The translations under genes and the position numbers were made by a program. Below, in pieces: positions 31,208 through 41,791 of a stretch of DNA of 64,000 nt (position 1 is its first letter; each line of letters opens with the position of its first letter). The notes below the pieces were generated by a model. That model was not told where the DNA came from and did no database searches. It was given only the letters and a program-made list of their open reading frames with translations. Source of the DNA: Kiritimatiellia bacterium (lineage in GTDB: Bacteria > Verrucomicrobiota > Kiritimatiellia > CAIVKH01); the NCBI GenBank assembly GCA_025054615.1, contig JANWZO010000006.1, positions 7,596 through 71,595 of the forward strand, given 5' to 3'.

Positions 31208-31924
31208 ATGCAACAGTCGCCAACCCCCCGGCGCGGCGCTCCCTTGATGGAGGTTTTCGATGCGTTATTGCGGCATTTCGGCCCGCAGCGCTGGTGGCCC
31301 GCCCGAACGAAATTTGAAATGATGGTCGGCGCCATTCTAACCCAGAACACTGCCTGGTCCAATGTGGAGAAGGCCATTGCTCGGCTGCGTGCGGCCGGCG
31401 CGCTGGATCCGAAACGGCTCCATGAGGCGCCGCTGGAGAGGGTGGCCGAGTGGATCCGGCCGGCGGGATATTTTAACGTGAAGGCTCGGCGGCTGCGTGC
31501 ATTCACGACATGGCTCGTAGACCGATATGACGGGTCGGTGCGCCGGATGCTCCGCGAACCTCCGGACCGCCTGCGCGCCGAGCTTCTAGGGGTGAAAGGG
31601 ATCGGCCCGGAAACGGCGGACAGCATCCTGCTCTATGCTGCCGGACATCCGATTTTTGTGGTGGACGCATACACGCGCCGTTTTCTGTCTCGGCATGGGT
31701 GGCTCCCGCAGAAGGCCTCGTATGAGCAAACGGCTGCGCTTTTTGAGGCCAATCTCCCGAAAGATCCTGCGCTATACAATGAGTACCACGCACTAATTGT
31801 CGCCCTTGGAAAAACCTTCTGCCGCGCGAGGCCACGGTGCGCCGACTGTCCGCTACGCAGATGGCTGCCGGGGCCTTCGTTCGAGGAAACGGCAGAGCGA
31901 TCCATCCATCGACTGGCGCGATAG
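31208..31924 (+). CDS. Endonuclease III-family HhH-GPD DNA glycosylase-like protein
   Basis: ILTQNTAWSNV, HhH-GPD GVKGIGPETADSIL. C-terminal Cys cluster has only 3 Cys (C-x5-C-x2-C), i.e. an incomplete 4Fe-4S motif. Confidence 0.75.
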   Translation: MQQSPTPRRGAPLMEVFDALLRHFGPQRWWPARTKFEMMVGAILTQNTAWSNVEKAIARLRAAGALDPKRLHEAPLERVAEWIRPAGYFNVKARRLRAFTTWLVDRYDGSVRRMLREPPDRLRAELLGVKGIGPETADSILLYAAGHPIFVVDAYTRRFLSRHGWLPQKASYEQTAALFEANLPKDPALYNEYHALIVALGKTFCRARPRCADCPLRRWLPGPSFEETAERSIHRLAR

Positions 31925-32015
31925 GCAACCGCCGCGACCCCGCCGAGGTCCGCTTCGAAATGCGTTTGGGGCTTGCGTTGGGCGGCGAAAAGACGGATTG
32001 TGGCCTTTGACGAGC

Positions 32016-32261
32016 ATGAATGTGGGAGAGCTGAAGATGATGCTGCCGCTCGCGCAATTCGTTCAGAACATCGGCATGACCCAATTGCTGTTGATTCTGA
32101 TCGTGCTGATTCTGCTGTTCGGGTCTAAGAAGATCCCGGACCTTGCCCGGGCGCTCGGCAAAAGCATCGGTGAATTCAAAAAGGGCCGCGAGGAAGGGGC
32201 GAAACCGGAGGAAGCGCAAAAATCCCGTTCGTCCTCTGACGACGCGTCGCGCAGCGCCTGA
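32016..32261 (+). CDS. tatA: Twin-arginine translocase subunit TatA/E
   Basis: TM helix plus amphipathic helix (LLLILIVLILLFGSKKIPDLARALGKSIGEFKKG). Start ambiguous: ATG 32016 or the internal ATG at 32076 (MTQLLL...). Confidence 0.7.
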   Translation: MNVGELKMMLPLAQFVQNIGMTQLLLILIVLILLFGSKKIPDLARALGKSIGEFKKGREEGAKPEEAQKSRSSSDDASRSA

Positions 32262-32348
32262 AGTTCGGCGACGACGCATGATCGCGGCCGCACGCACGGC
32301 CGTCACGGAACGGGCAATTTTCCCCATCGCGCACCAGTGCTCGCGCCG

Positions 32349-33452
32349 TCACGGGGTGGTCGTGGCGGAGGACGGATTGGATTCCGGCTCTTGTGCCGGA
32401 GCGTTGGCAAAGGCCTCAAATGCAGGGTCGTTCCGAATGGGGTCGAAATCTGCGCTTCGCGTCCATGCGAGAACAAACGGCGAACCGTGGCGCTGCGCAG
32501 CCTCTCTGAGGAGGTCCACCGCCCCAGCGGCGTCACCTCTGCGCGCGCAGATTACGGCCAGGTTGTAGGCGGCAACAGAATTCGCCGGGTCGGACCTCAG
32601 CACATCGTAGAACGAGGCCTCGGCATTCTTCAGGTCGCCGAGGGCGGCAAACGAAAGCCCCATGCGAATTTTTACCGCCGCATTTTCGCGGTCAATCGCG
32701 GCGAGGCGGCGGAGATAATCCAGCGCCTCTCGGTGGCGGCGCAGGCCAGCTAGCGCCGAGGCGGCGACATCGAGGGCTTCCTGCGCATAGGGATCGGCTT
32801 CCAGGGCCCACTGGGCCGTAGCGAGGGCGGCTTCATACCGGCCCGCAGCCAGAAAGACCACGGCGAGCCGGATGCGGGCGGTTAGATTTTCAGGGTCGCG
32901 CGCTAGCACGGCACGCCACTCGCGCTCCGCCTCTGCGAAATTGCGCTCCCGCTCGTGCAGGCGCGCGAGCTCGGCGCGGCTGCGGGTGAGGTCGGGCGCG
33001 ACATCGACGGACTCCCGTAGTTTGGCAAGGGCTTGTTCGGTTTTACCCATCTCGGCCAGGACAGCGCCCTCTTGCGCCAGGTTCAGACCACGCTTCCAGG
33101 CATGAATGCTCGATTCGATTGGTTCAGAAGCTTCTTCGGAAGGGGGGGCTTCTTCTTTTTGCGCAGCGACAGGCTTTTTGTCCGCAGTCGGCGGCTGGAC
33201 GGCAAAAGGCTTGGCGTAGCGAGTATAACCTAGAAAAGCGGCGTAGGCGCAGGCCAAGGCAAACATGATCAGCCAGAACAGACGGTTGAAAGCGAAACTT
33301 CGAGCGTTGTGCTCGCCCCGCCGACGTTGCCGTAAGGGCGAACGGGGCGATCCGATCGTTATGCCTTCGTCACCATGGACAGAATTCGCCGCGCGGCGAG
33401 AAGGCGAGATCGAATCCGCCGACCACGGCGCCCATTTGCCGCCCGCATCCAT
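32349..33452 (-). CDS. Membrane-anchored tetratricopeptide-repeat protein
   Basis: TM helix (LFWLIMFALACAYAAFLGY), Pro/Glu/Ala-rich linker, then multiple TPR units. Confidence 0.65.
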   Translation of the reverse strand: MDAGGKWAPWSADSISPSRRAANSVHGDEGITIGSPRSPLRQRRRGEHNARSFAFNRLFWLIMFALACAYAAFLGYTRYAKPFAVQPPTADKKPVAAQKEEAPPSEEASEPIESSIHAWKRGLNLAQEGAVLAEMGKTEQALAKLRESVDVAPDLTRSRAELARLHERERNFAEAEREWRAVLARDPENLTARIRLAVVFLAAGRYEAALATAQWALEADPYAQEALDVAASALAGLRRHREALDYLRRLAAIDRENAAVKIRMGLSFAALGDLKNAEASFYDVLRSDPANSVAAYNLAVICARRGDAAGAVDLLREAAQRHGSPFVLAWTRSADFDPIRNDPAFEAFANAPAQEPESNPSSATTTP

Positions 33453-33461
33453 GGGGAAGAA

Positions 33462-34655
33462 CTAATGGCAGTTTGAGGGTAGGTCAAGCTGGCGCTGCAA
33501 TTCGGGCGGCCACCCGATATTGGGGTCCGCCGTACAGAGCGAGGCGGCGATGGTGCGGGCTTCATCGGTACGATCCAATTGGAGGTAGGCCCTCATCAGG
33601 CATAACCCGACTTCCTTTCGAGCCTCCAAGGGGAGCAGCCCGGAGCGTTGCCACGCCTGTTCGAGCGCGCGGACCGCGTTGGGCCAGTCTTCTCGTCGGG
33701 CGTAGACAAAACCAAGGGTGTGCAAAAATCTGGGGTTGGACGGTTCCGATTCGAGGGCCCGTTTGGCGAGTTTGAGCGCATCATCCAGATTTCGGCGCTC
33801 ATGCGCGAGGAGGAATGCGAGGTTGTTGGCAGCGCGGGGTTGTTGAGCGTCGAGCTCGAGCGATCGCCGGAGGAGTTGTTCCGCCTCCTGGGCATTTCCC
33901 CGCGCGATGCTTCGACTGCCGAGCACAGACAGCACATCCGGGTTTTTCAGACCTTCTGCGAGCCATTCGCGGACGAGATCGTCCGCCACCTGCTCACGGC
34001 CGATCGCGTCATGGTACCGGATCCAGCTAAGTCGTTCCGAAGCGCTCAAAGGCCAGGCAACCTTCTCCGGCGGACAGGCGACTAGCATCCAGTTTCGGTA
34101 TAAGTGCCAACGCCGTCGAAACTCAGCTCCGCCCAACCTGAACGGCTTTCTGCCGGCGACTTCGCCGACAACGAAATCCTTTTCTTTGCTCAGAGAGCGG
34201 ATCACTGCAAAGCTCCGAATACGGCGCCGACCCGATGCCGATGCGAGTTGAACGACAACCGGTACCCTCGCATCCACGCGACGCGCGAGGTCTTCCCATG
34301 TTCCGTACATCGCGAAGGTCCACAAACCGGCGCTCGGCAGAGAGGCCAACAGAGCCTCCTCGATCGATCGGTCCGATCCCGTCTCCTTATCCAACTCTCG
34401 CAGCAACTCACTCGGCAGCACTGGTGAACGCCACTCGCGCAAAAGCACGTCGACGAGCCAGCGGCCGTCATCGGATCGACGGCTGTGGAAGTCGGCCTGC
34501 GGCGGTAAATCCGCATCCGCATTCGGCGACGGCTTTTTGGAGGCTCCGGGGCCCGTGCACCCCAGCAACGCCAGGGCGCACAGAGCCGCTGCAAATCGCG
34601 TCGAACCGAAGGCGTTACCGCACGACGCGGAGCTGGTCGTGAACCACTGCGACAC
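33462..34655 (-). CDS. TPR-repeat lipoprotein
   Basis: Lipoprotein signal (ALCALALLGCTG) and C-terminal TPR repeats (AANNLAFLLAHERRNLDDALKLAKRALESEPSNPRFLHTLGFVYARRED...). Confidence 0.65.
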   Translation of the reverse strand: MSQWFTTSSASCGNAFGSTRFAAALCALALLGCTGPGASKKPSPNADADLPPQADFHSRRSDDGRWLVDVLLREWRSPVLPSELLRELDKETGSDRSIEEALLASLPSAGLWTFAMYGTWEDLARRVDARVPVVVQLASASGRRRIRSFAVIRSLSKEKDFVVGEVAGRKPFRLGGAEFRRRWHLYRNWMLVACPPEKVAWPLSASERLSWIRYHDAIGREQVADDLVREWLAEGLKNPDVLSVLGSRSIARGNAQEAEQLLRRSLELDAQQPRAANNLAFLLAHERRNLDDALKLAKRALESEPSNPRFLHTLGFVYARREDWPNAVRALEQAWQRSGLLPLEARKEVGLCLMRAYLQLDRTDEARTIAASLCTADPNIGWPPELQRQLDLPSNCH

Positions 34656-34941
34656 CGGGGGTCCCGCGTATGATCCCGAGCAGCCTCAACCGCTCGGCTT
34701 CATTGCGCACATTCCCGCGGACGGTGACCTCCCCGCCCGCCACATCGATTCCGATCATTTGACCGCGAAGCCCGGAATCCATCTCGATCCTATGGCGAAT
34801 CATCGCCGACAGATCTCTGTCCGCTGCTGCCGGGCCGTCAACGGCTCGACCGGCTTCCTCTACCGTGGCGCAACCCGCTGCGCCCACCAGCCAGGCGACG
34901 GCAATGAGCGCGGCAAGGAAAGAAACCGTCCCCTTCGCCAC
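34615..34941 (-). CDS. BON-domain (OsmY-like) lipoprotein
   Basis: Lipobox AWLVGAAGC and a BON domain (MIGIDVAGGEVTVRGNVRNEAERLRLLGIIRGTPGVAVVHDQLRV). Start uncertain: a GTG at 34941 is used because the ATG at 35037 would overlap the divergent sodA start. Confidence 0.55.
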   Translation of the reverse strand: MAKGTVSFLAALIAVAWLVGAAGCATVEEAGRAVDGPAAADRDLSAMIRHRIEMDSGLRGQMIGIDVAGGEVTVRGNVRNEAERLRLLGIIRGTPGVAVVHDQLRVVR

Positions 34942-35028
34942 GCGGCGAATCCCAGTCTGTTGAAGCCTCACTGGACAGCGGCTGGTTCGCAAGTATAGTT
35001 TATGCCAAATACCAAGGAGTAAATCACC

Positions 35029-35658
35029 ATGCCTCATGCGTTACCTCCACTTCCATACCCTGCGAATAGTCTAGAACCTTATATTGATGAGCAAACCATG
35101 ATGATTCATCATGGTAAGCACCATGCGGCCTATGTGAACAACCTAAATGCCGCATTGGAAAAGTACCCGCATTTACAGTCCAAAACAATCGAGGAGCTGC
35201 TTTCCGACCTCAACAGCGTGCCCGCGGACATACGCGCTGCGGTTCGAAATAACGGGGGCGGCCATTGGAACCACACCTTTTTCTGGAACCTGCTGAAGAA
35301 GAACGAAGGGGCCGGCCCCGCCGGAAAACTCGCAGATGCGATCAACCGGCAGTTCGGTTCATTCGACGGCTTCAAGGATCAATTCACGAAGGCGGCGCTG
35401 GGCCGCTTTGGATCCGGTTGGGCATGGCTTTGCGTCAGATCTGACCACTCCCTCTGTGTCTGCTCCACCCCGAACCAGGATAATCCTTTGATGCTGGGCG
35501 TCACGGAGTGTCCGGGGACGCCAATCTTGGGGTTGGACGTGTGGGAGCATGCGTACTACTTGAAGTATCAAAATCGGCGGCCCGACTACGTGGCGGCGTT
35601 TTGGAATGTCATCGACTGGAACGCCGTCGCGGCCGCGTATGAGCGTTTGGTCGGCTGA
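35029..35658 (+). CDS. sodA: Fe/Mn-type superoxide dismutase
   Basis: [47 protein letters not shown], and DVWEHAYYL metal-ligand motifs. Mn-versus-Fe specificity is not resolvable by eye. Confidence 0.95.
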   Translation: MPHALPPLPYPANSLEPYIDEQTMMIHHGKHHAAYVNNLNAALEKYPHLQSKTIEELLSDLNSVPADIRAAVRNNGGGHWNHTFFWNLLKKNEGAGPAGKLADAINRQFGSFDGFKDQFTKAALGRFGSGWAWLCVRSDHSLCVCSTPNQDNPLMLGVTECPGTPILGLDVWEHAYYLKYQNRRPDYVAAFWNVIDWNAVAAAYERLVG

Positions 35659-35686
35659 TACTTGCAAATAGCCGGATGACATTCGG

Positions 35687-35716
35687 ACGCGGCCGCTTTT
35701 GCGGCCGCGTTTTTTT
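35687..35716 (+). terminator. Rho-independent terminator downstream of sodA
   Basis: Perfect 10-bp GC-rich stem ACGCGGCCGC / GCGGCCGCGT with loop TTTT, followed by a T7 tract. Confidence 0.8.
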
Positions 35717-35750
35717 GTCTAAATTGGCCGAAATTGTGTAAACTCTTTGT

Positions 35751-38363
35751 TTGGAGTCCGCCATGGGCCCGACTGCATCGACGCCCAACGACCGAGTGCC
35801 GGCCGAATTTCATTTCGATCTGGCCAACCGGATCAGCGAGCTCGCGATGCGATGCGCATCAACCTCTTCTCTGGGTCGTGCGATCCATCAGTTGCTGACC
35901 GAATTTATACCCGCGGTCAATGTGTATATCGCGGTCTACGACGCCAGTGAATCGCTGATTCGATTCCCCTACTGGATGGACCGCTTTGACCCACCGCCCG
36001 GAATCAAAACGCCAAACGTCGGCCTAACCGAGTATGTGCTGCGGAAGGGGGTGGCTCTGTTTGCAGATGCCGAGCGTCTTGAAGAACTTGAACGGCTGGG
36101 GGATTGTCGCGTGCTGGGTACGCGCCCCCGTTATTGGGTCGGCATTCCTCTGATTCGTCGGGGCGAGACCTTTGGCGTGTTTGCCGTTCAAGCCTACGAC
36201 GGTGATCCAGCGCTCGAACCGCGTCATGCAGACCTTCTCGTGCATCTGGCGCCAACACTGTCGATGGCGATATTCGCCCAACAAATCGGTTATCGTCGAG
36301 ACCGTCGTGACGCGCTGCTCCGGGCGGCGGCGGACATCAGCCTCTATTTTCTGCGCGACATAGCTTGGGCAAGCCATGCGAAAGAGGCGCTGAGCCTCGT
36401 GGGTCGTGCGGCCGACGTCAGCCGGTCCTACCTCTTTCGGGTTGAGAAAATGGCGGATGGCCGGTTCCTTGCAGATCAGCTCTTCGAATGGACTGCCGAG
36501 GGAATTCATCCCGAGATCGACAACCCCCTCTTGCAACGACTTGATCTGGCGGCTGCGGGATTTCAGAGATGGATCGATTACCTCGTGAAGGGCGACCCGA
36601 TCAGCGGGCCCGTGGCGCAGATGCCCTTGACGGAGCAGCCGCTGCTTCGATCCCAGGGCATTTTGTCGCTGCATATCGCACCCATCCATGTCGATGGGGA
36701 ATGGTGGGGGTTTCTCGGTTTTGATGATTGCGTCATGCCGCGCGCGTGGTCGATTGCCGAGCGGGAGTCGCTCCGGCTCGTTGCGACGGTTTTTGCTCAG
36801 GCCATACTTCGGGAGCGGGTCTATGAACAATTCGAATTACAACGAGCCGCGCTGGGGGCGGTGGCCAACGGTGTTCTCATCACGGACCCGACCGGGGGCA
36901 TTTTGTGGGTGAACGACGCGCTATGTCGCCTGACCGGATATACGGCCGACGAGATGGTCGGTAGGACGCCCGCGCTCTTCAACTCGGGCAGGCACCCTCC
37001 CGAATTCTTTCGCAAGATGTGGGAGACTATCGGTCGCGGAATGGTCTGGGAGGGCGAGATCACGAACCGCAAAAAGGATGGGTCCCTGTGCACGGAGGAA
37101 ATGACCATCACTCCGATGCGCGACGCGACCGGCAAAATTCGGAACTACATCGCGATCAAACAGGACATTACCGAGCGCAAAATCTTCCAGCAGCATCTCG
37201 CGCAAATCCAAAAAATGGAGAGCCTTGGCCGTCTCGCCGGCGGTATTGCTCATGATTTCAACAATCTTCTTCAGGCCATCACGGGCTTCAGCTCCATGTT
37301 GCTGACGAACCTCAGTCACGATGATCCAAGGCGTGAGGACGTGCTCGAGATTCTGCAGGCCGCCCACCTGGCGACGGACCTGACCCGTCAGCTGCTGATG
37401 TTTGGACGGAGGAGCCCTCCCTCTTGGGACCGGATTCAGTTGAACGAAACCATCCAATCGGGCCTGAAAATGTTGCGCCGCCTGATCCGGGAGAACATCT
37501 CCATCGAAACCGACCTGGATCCCGATCTTCCGCTGATTTTGGGAGACTCCGGCCAGATCGCGCAAATTCTGGTGAATCTTTGCGTGAATGCCGGCGACGC
37601 AATGCCCGAAGGCGGCCGTTTGCGGTTGTCGACGCGAAAGACGGTTTTCCCGATGGATGCGGCGGCCGCCGGAAGCGTGGAGGAAGGGCAACCGGCGGCA
37701 CTTCTCGAAGTTTCGGACACGGGGGTGGGCATCGCGCCCGAAGTCATGGAAAAAATTTTCGAGCCCTTCTTCACAACGAAGGAGCCCGGACATGGGATCG
37801 GGCTTGGCCTGTCCGTCGTTTACGGAATCGTCCGCCAGCACCATGGACATATCGAGGTCAAAAGTCGGCTTCACGAGGGGTCGGTCTTTCGCATTTATTT
37901 CCCCGCGGCGCCGGCTGATCCTCAGGGGCAGCAAGAGGACGGAACGGCAAAACGCAACGAGTCGGTTGAGCCGGCGGGCGGACGCGGCGAGCACATCCTT
38001 GTTGTGGAGGACGAGCCGGGTGTCGGGCAATTTTGTCTTCGCATTCTGAGTTCAAACCGTTATCGCGTCACCCTCGCGAGGACCGCCGCAGAGGCGCGCG
38101 CCTGTTTTTACCGATCGAATTCCACGTTTGATTTGTTCTTCAGCGATGTCGTCCTGCCCGATGGTAGCGGCGTGGATCTGGCGAGGGAGTTTCGGCAAGT
38201 GCGCCCCGCCCTCAAAGTGCTGCTTTCCAGCGGCTATGCGAACCAGCAGGAGACATGGATGCGTCAACGCGAACGTTTTGATGGGTTTTTGCCCAAGCCC
38301 TATCACCCGTTTGCGCTTCTCCGCGAAATTCGCGCAGCGCTTGACGCCGCACCGCAATCATGA
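35751..38363 (+). CDS. Hybrid sensor histidine kinase (GAF/PAS sensor - HisKA - HATPase_c - REC), cytoplasmic
   Basis: PAS with PAC region, H-box [20 protein letters not shown]1/G2 boxes (NLCVNAGDAM...DTGVGI...GHGIGLGLS), C-terminal receiver (ILVVEDEP...FSDVVLPDGSG...KPY). Confidence 0.9.
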   Translation: MESAMGPTASTPNDRVPAEFHFDLANRISELAMRCASTSSLGRAIHQLLTEFIPAVNVYIAVYDASESLIRFPYWMDRFDPPPGIKTPNVGLTEYVLRKGVALFADAERLEELERLGDCRVLGTRPRYWVGIPLIRRGETFGVFAVQAYDGDPALEPRHADLLVHLAPTLSMAIFAQQIGYRRDRRDALLRAAADISLYFLRDIAWASHAKEALSLVGRAADVSRSYLFRVEKMADGRFLADQLFEWTAEGIHPEIDNPLLQRLDLAAAGFQRWIDYLVKGDPISGPVAQMPLTEQPLLRSQGILSLHIAPIHVDGEWWGFLGFDDCVMPRAWSIAERESLRLVATVFAQAILRERVYEQFELQRAALGAVANGVLITDPTGGILWVNDALCRLTGYTADEMVGRTPALFNSGRHPPEFFRKMWETIGRGMVWEGEITNRKKDGSLCTEEMTITPMRDATGKIRNYIAIKQDITERKIFQQHLAQIQKMESLGRLAGGIAHDFNNLLQAITGFSSMLLTNLSHDDPRREDVLEILQAAHLATDLTRQLLMFGRRSPPSWDRIQLNETIQSGLKMLRRLIRENISIETDLDPDLPLILGDSGQIAQILVNLCVNAGDAMPEGGRLRLSTRKTVFPMDAAAAGSVEEGQPAALLEVSDTGVGIAPEVMEKIFEPFFTTKEPGHGIGLGLSVVYGIVRQHHGHIEVKSRLHEGSVFRIYFPAAPADPQGQQEDGTAKRNESVEPAGGRGEHILVVEDEPGVGQFCLRILSSNRYRVTLARTAAEARACFYRSNSTFDLFFSDVVLPDGSGVDLAREFRQVRPALKVLLSSGYANQQETWMRQRERFDGFLPKPYHPFALLREIRAALDAAPQS

Positions 38364-41300
38364 CATGGATCACCAGCCACCTTGACCTGATTTACTTTCT
38401 ATATGGGGCCTCGTTCGCTCTGCTTGCGGCCCTTTCAGGAGCGGCGCAGGAGGCCAATCGACCGTCATCGGTTCGTTTGCCCTGGTTTTGGTTGAGTTTT
38501 TTTGCCTCTGTGCACGCGGTGCACGAGTGGCTCGTGATGGTCAACTTTTCGCTCGATTCCAGAGCGCTAAGGTTTTTGGGGCTCTTTTTCCTGGGTTCAT
38601 CGTACGCCCTGCTGTTTGAATTTGGCCGCCGCGGGGCGGGGAAAGCGGGGTTTGCATGGCGAGTCTACGCGCCCGCTGCTTCCGTAGTGACTTGTGGAAT
38701 CGCACCGACTTTCGTGGCTCTCGAAACGGCGGATGGCGCCGCCCGATTCTTCATCGGCTTTCCCGCGTCGCTGCTTTCCGCCTACGCGATGATCCGAATG
38801 GCCAGCGAGGGGTCGCCAGCCTCCGGTACCCGCTCGCTCCGGATGGCCGCTTGTGCGTTTGCCGTGTATGCCATTGCCGCTGGCGCGACCCCCCCGCCTT
38901 CGGCATTTCTTCCCGCGCGGGTCTGGAACACCGCGGCTTGGGCGTCGCTTCTGGGATTTCCGGTCGAACTGCTGAGAGCCGCCTGTGCTCTGACCCTTGC
39001 CGCGGCCATCTGGAAATTGTCACTGAACCCCGCCTCGCAAGGAATCATCGCCTCTGAACGCCGGTTCAATTTGTCATTACACGCAACTCTGGCCAGCGTC
39101 GCAGCTCTTTCTGTTCTGACAGTTTTGTCGGCATTCATGGTCGACCGCTTGTCGGCGTCGCAGATTCGGGACGAGATGATTCAAAAAATTCGCGCTGTGG
39201 CCGCGCTTTTGGATCAATCCATGCTCGAAGCGGTTGTGCGAGAATCTCCAGCCGAAACCAACCCCCTCATTCGGTCGCTGGAGAGGGAATTGACGCTGGC
39301 CAAACAGGCCTTTCCCGACATCGAACAAATTTACCTCTACACTCTTCAGGACGGTAAATTTGTTTTCTATGCCTCGTCCGAATCGAATCGGCCCGAGACG
39401 CGAGTCCGGCCCGGCGAAATTTTCGAAGGGGATGTTTTTCCCGAGGATTATGAAATCTTCGAAAACGGGGTGCCCTATACGATAGGACCGTTTCAGGACC
39501 GATGGGGCCGCTGGGTCAGCGCGCTTGCCCCTGCGCTGATCGACCCGAAAGCCGATCCGCCCGTGCGCATGGTTGCCGGACTCGACATGCCGGCTAATGT
39601 CTTCGAACGTGAAATTGGCCGCTGGCGGCTGGTGGCGCTGGGCATCGGCGCCTTGGTCATCTCGCTGTTGCTGGATCTCTTCTTGAGGCATCAGCGTCTT
39701 TGGTGGTTTGCGCAAAAGATGGCCGAAGCTGAGCGCTCACAGCGGGCGCTCAGCGAAGAGCTGGAGCGCCGGGTCGCTGAGCGCACCGGCCAGCTTGCGG
39801 ACGCCAACCAGGCCCTCATGCTCGAAATGGCGCGCTATCGCGAACTGGAGAACAAATATCGCTCCCTGACCGAACGACTGCCGGCTATTACATTTCGTGT
39901 CGATCTCATTCCGCGTCCGGTTACGACGTATGTTAGCCCCAGGCTTCAGGATATTTTGGGATACAGCCCCGCAGAATGGCTCGCCGATCCGGACATGTGG
40001 AAAAGGGTCTTACATCCGGAGGACCGCGATCGCGTCCTGGCCGCTCTAAAGGAAGCCGACCAACGCGGCACTTCCTTCAGCATTGATTTCCGCATGGCAG
40101 CCGCTTCGGGCAATTACCGCCATCTCCGCGCCATCATGACCTATGAACACCACGTGGATGGAAAGCCGGCCGTGGTTAATGGCGCGATGATCGATCTTAC
40201 CGAGGAAGTAGAGCGCGAAGCGCGACTGCGGGAAGCCGGCGAGCGGTATCGCCAGTTGTTCGAACGTTCGCCCATCGGCATTTTTCATTATGATCTGAAT
40301 TTGCGGATCACGGATGCGAATCAACGGTTCGCTTCATTGGTGGGTTTGACACGGGAGAGTCTGGCGGGAGCCGACCTTCACTCCCTCATCGGTTCAGAGG
40401 AACTCAACCAAGCCCTGGCGACCGCGCTTCGAGGCGGAGAAAGCTATATGGAGATTGCCGGCGGATTTGTGGGGGCGCCGGCGGACATCTGGCTGGGCAT
40501 ACGAACTCTGCCTCTGGTCGGCGCCAAGCACGCCGTTACAGGGGGCGTCGCGATTGTGGAGGATTTGAGCGATCGGCGACGAGCGGAGGAGGAACGAATG
40601 CGCACGCAAAAACTCGAATCTCTGGCCGTCATGGCTGGCGGTATCGCGCATGATTTCAACAACATTCTCACTTCGATCTTGGGCAATCTTTCCCTAATTC
40701 GAGCCATTCTGCCCTCGCAAACGCCCTTCGAGGAAATGCTCCATGACGCTGAGCGCGCCGCCCTCCGCGCACGCGACCTGACCCGGCAGCTTTTAGCCTT
40801 CACGAAGGGCGGCGCGCCGCAGAAAGCGCTTCACAATGTGCCGGGGCTGATCCGAGAAGCTGCCGACTTCTCACTGCGCGGCTCAGCAAGCCGGTGTGTC
40901 TTTGAGTTTGCAGCCGACACATGGAACGCCGAACTGGATGCCGGCCAGTTCAGCCAGGTCATCCAAAACCTCGTCATCAACGCCGATCAAGCGATGCCCC
41001 ACGGGGGGACGATTACGGTGCGCACCTCTAATCGAATGCTGCAGGCCGGCGAGGTGGCGGACCTGCCGGGTGGCGCGTACGTCCAGATTGAGGTATCGGA
41101 TACGGGAGTGGGGATCCCAGAACGAATCCGGAACCGCATTTTTGATCCATACTTTACAACCAAAGCTCAGGGAACCGGCCTGGGTCTCACGATCTGTTAT
41201 TCGATCGTGCGCAAACACGGCGGACACATTTCGGTCTCCTCCGTGGAAGGAAAAGGATCCACTTTCACGGTCCTTCTTCCCGCGGCTCCGGATCGCCGTC

Positions 41301-41791
41301 CTGACAAGTCCGAGGAATTGGATTCGCTGCCCGATTCCGTCATCCGCGGCCGCGTGCTGGTCATGGATGATGAGAAGTCAATCCTGGCGTTCGCGCGAAG
41401 AACCCTGGAAATGCAGGGATTCGAGGTCATTACAGCCGAAAACGGGGATGAAGCCATTCGGCTGGTTGATTCTGAACGGCGAGCCGGCCGCGTAATCGAC
41501 ATTGCGATTCTCGATATGACGATTCCCGGCGGCATGGGCGGCAAAGAGACCATCGGACCTCTGCGGGATGCGAATCCGGACCTCCCCGTGGTGGCGTCCA
41601 GTGGTTACACCGCCGAACTCCATCACGAAGAATTTGAGCGGTACGGATTCTCCGCCTCACTGTCCAAGCCGTACCGTGCCCAGGAACTAGTCCAGACCGT
41701 TCATCGCCTGCTTCTCCAGCGCCGCATGAAGCAGACGATTTCGCCGCGGGGGGAACCGGCTAATTCTCCTCTCTTGGGAAGCTCCTCATGA
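38360..41791 (+). CDS. Hybrid sensor histidine kinase with N-terminal polytopic membrane sensor plus extracytoplasmic domain, PAS domains, HisKA, HATPase_c and REC
   Basis: About 7 N-terminal TM helices, an extracytoplasmic Cache/PDC-like segment and a second TM, coiled coil, PAS repeats, H-box [18 protein letters not shown], ATPase boxes, receiver (VLVMDDEKS...ILDMTIPGGMGG). Overlaps HK1 by 4 nt. Confidence 0.9.
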   Translation: MTWITSHLDLIYFLYGASFALLAALSGAAQEANRPSSVRLPWFWLSFFASVHAVHEWLVMVNFSLDSRALRFLGLFFLGSSYALLFEFGRRGAGKAGFAWRVYAPAASVVTCGIAPTFVALETADGAARFFIGFPASLLSAYAMIRMASEGSPASGTRSLRMAACAFAVYAIAAGATPPPSAFLPARVWNTAAWASLLGFPVELLRAACALTLAAAIWKLSLNPASQGIIASERRFNLSLHATLASVAALSVLTVLSAFMVDRLSASQIRDEMIQKIRAVAALLDQSMLEAVVRESPAETNPLIRSLERELTLAKQAFPDIEQIYLYTLQDGKFVFYASSESNRPETRVRPGEIFEGDVFPEDYEIFENGVPYTIGPFQDRWGRWVSALAPALIDPKADPPVRMVAGLDMPANVFEREIGRWRLVALGIGALVISLLLDLFLRHQRLWWFAQKMAEAERSQRALSEELERRVAERTGQLADANQALMLEMARYRELENKYRSLTERLPAITFRVDLIPRPVTTYVSPRLQDILGYSPAEWLADPDMWKRVLHPEDRDRVLAALKEADQRGTSFSIDFRMAAASGNYRHLRAIMTYEHHVDGKPAVVNGAMIDLTEEVEREARLREAGERYRQLFERSPIGIFHYDLNLRITDANQRFASLVGLTRESLAGADLHSLIGSEELNQALATALRGGESYMEIAGGFVGAPADIWLGIRTLPLVGAKHAVTGGVAIVEDLSDRRRAEEERMRTQKLESLAVMAGGIAHDFNNILTSILGNLSLIRAILPSQTPFEEMLHDAERAALRARDLTRQLLAFTKGGAPQKALHNVPGLIREAADFSLRGSASRCVFEFAADTWNAELDAGQFSQVIQNLVINADQAMPHGGTITVRTSNRMLQAGEVADLPGGAYVQIEVSDTGVGIPERIRNRIFDPYFTTKAQGTGLGLTICYSIVRKHGGHISVSSVEGKGSTFTVLLPAAPDRRPDKSEELDSLPDSVIRGRVLVMDDEKSILAFARRTLEMQGFEVITAENGDEAIRLVDSERRAGRVIDIAILDMTIPGGMGGKETIGPLRDANPDLPVVASSGYTAELHHEEFERYGFSASLSKPYRAQELVQTVHRLLLQRRMKQTISPRGEPANSPLLGSSS

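Noticed and set aside
34941-35037. Extension of the BON-domain gene to the ATG at 35037
   Set aside because: It would overlap the divergent sodA start codon region. A GTG at 34941 immediately preceding the lipoprotein signal is more plausible, though the start remains uncertain.
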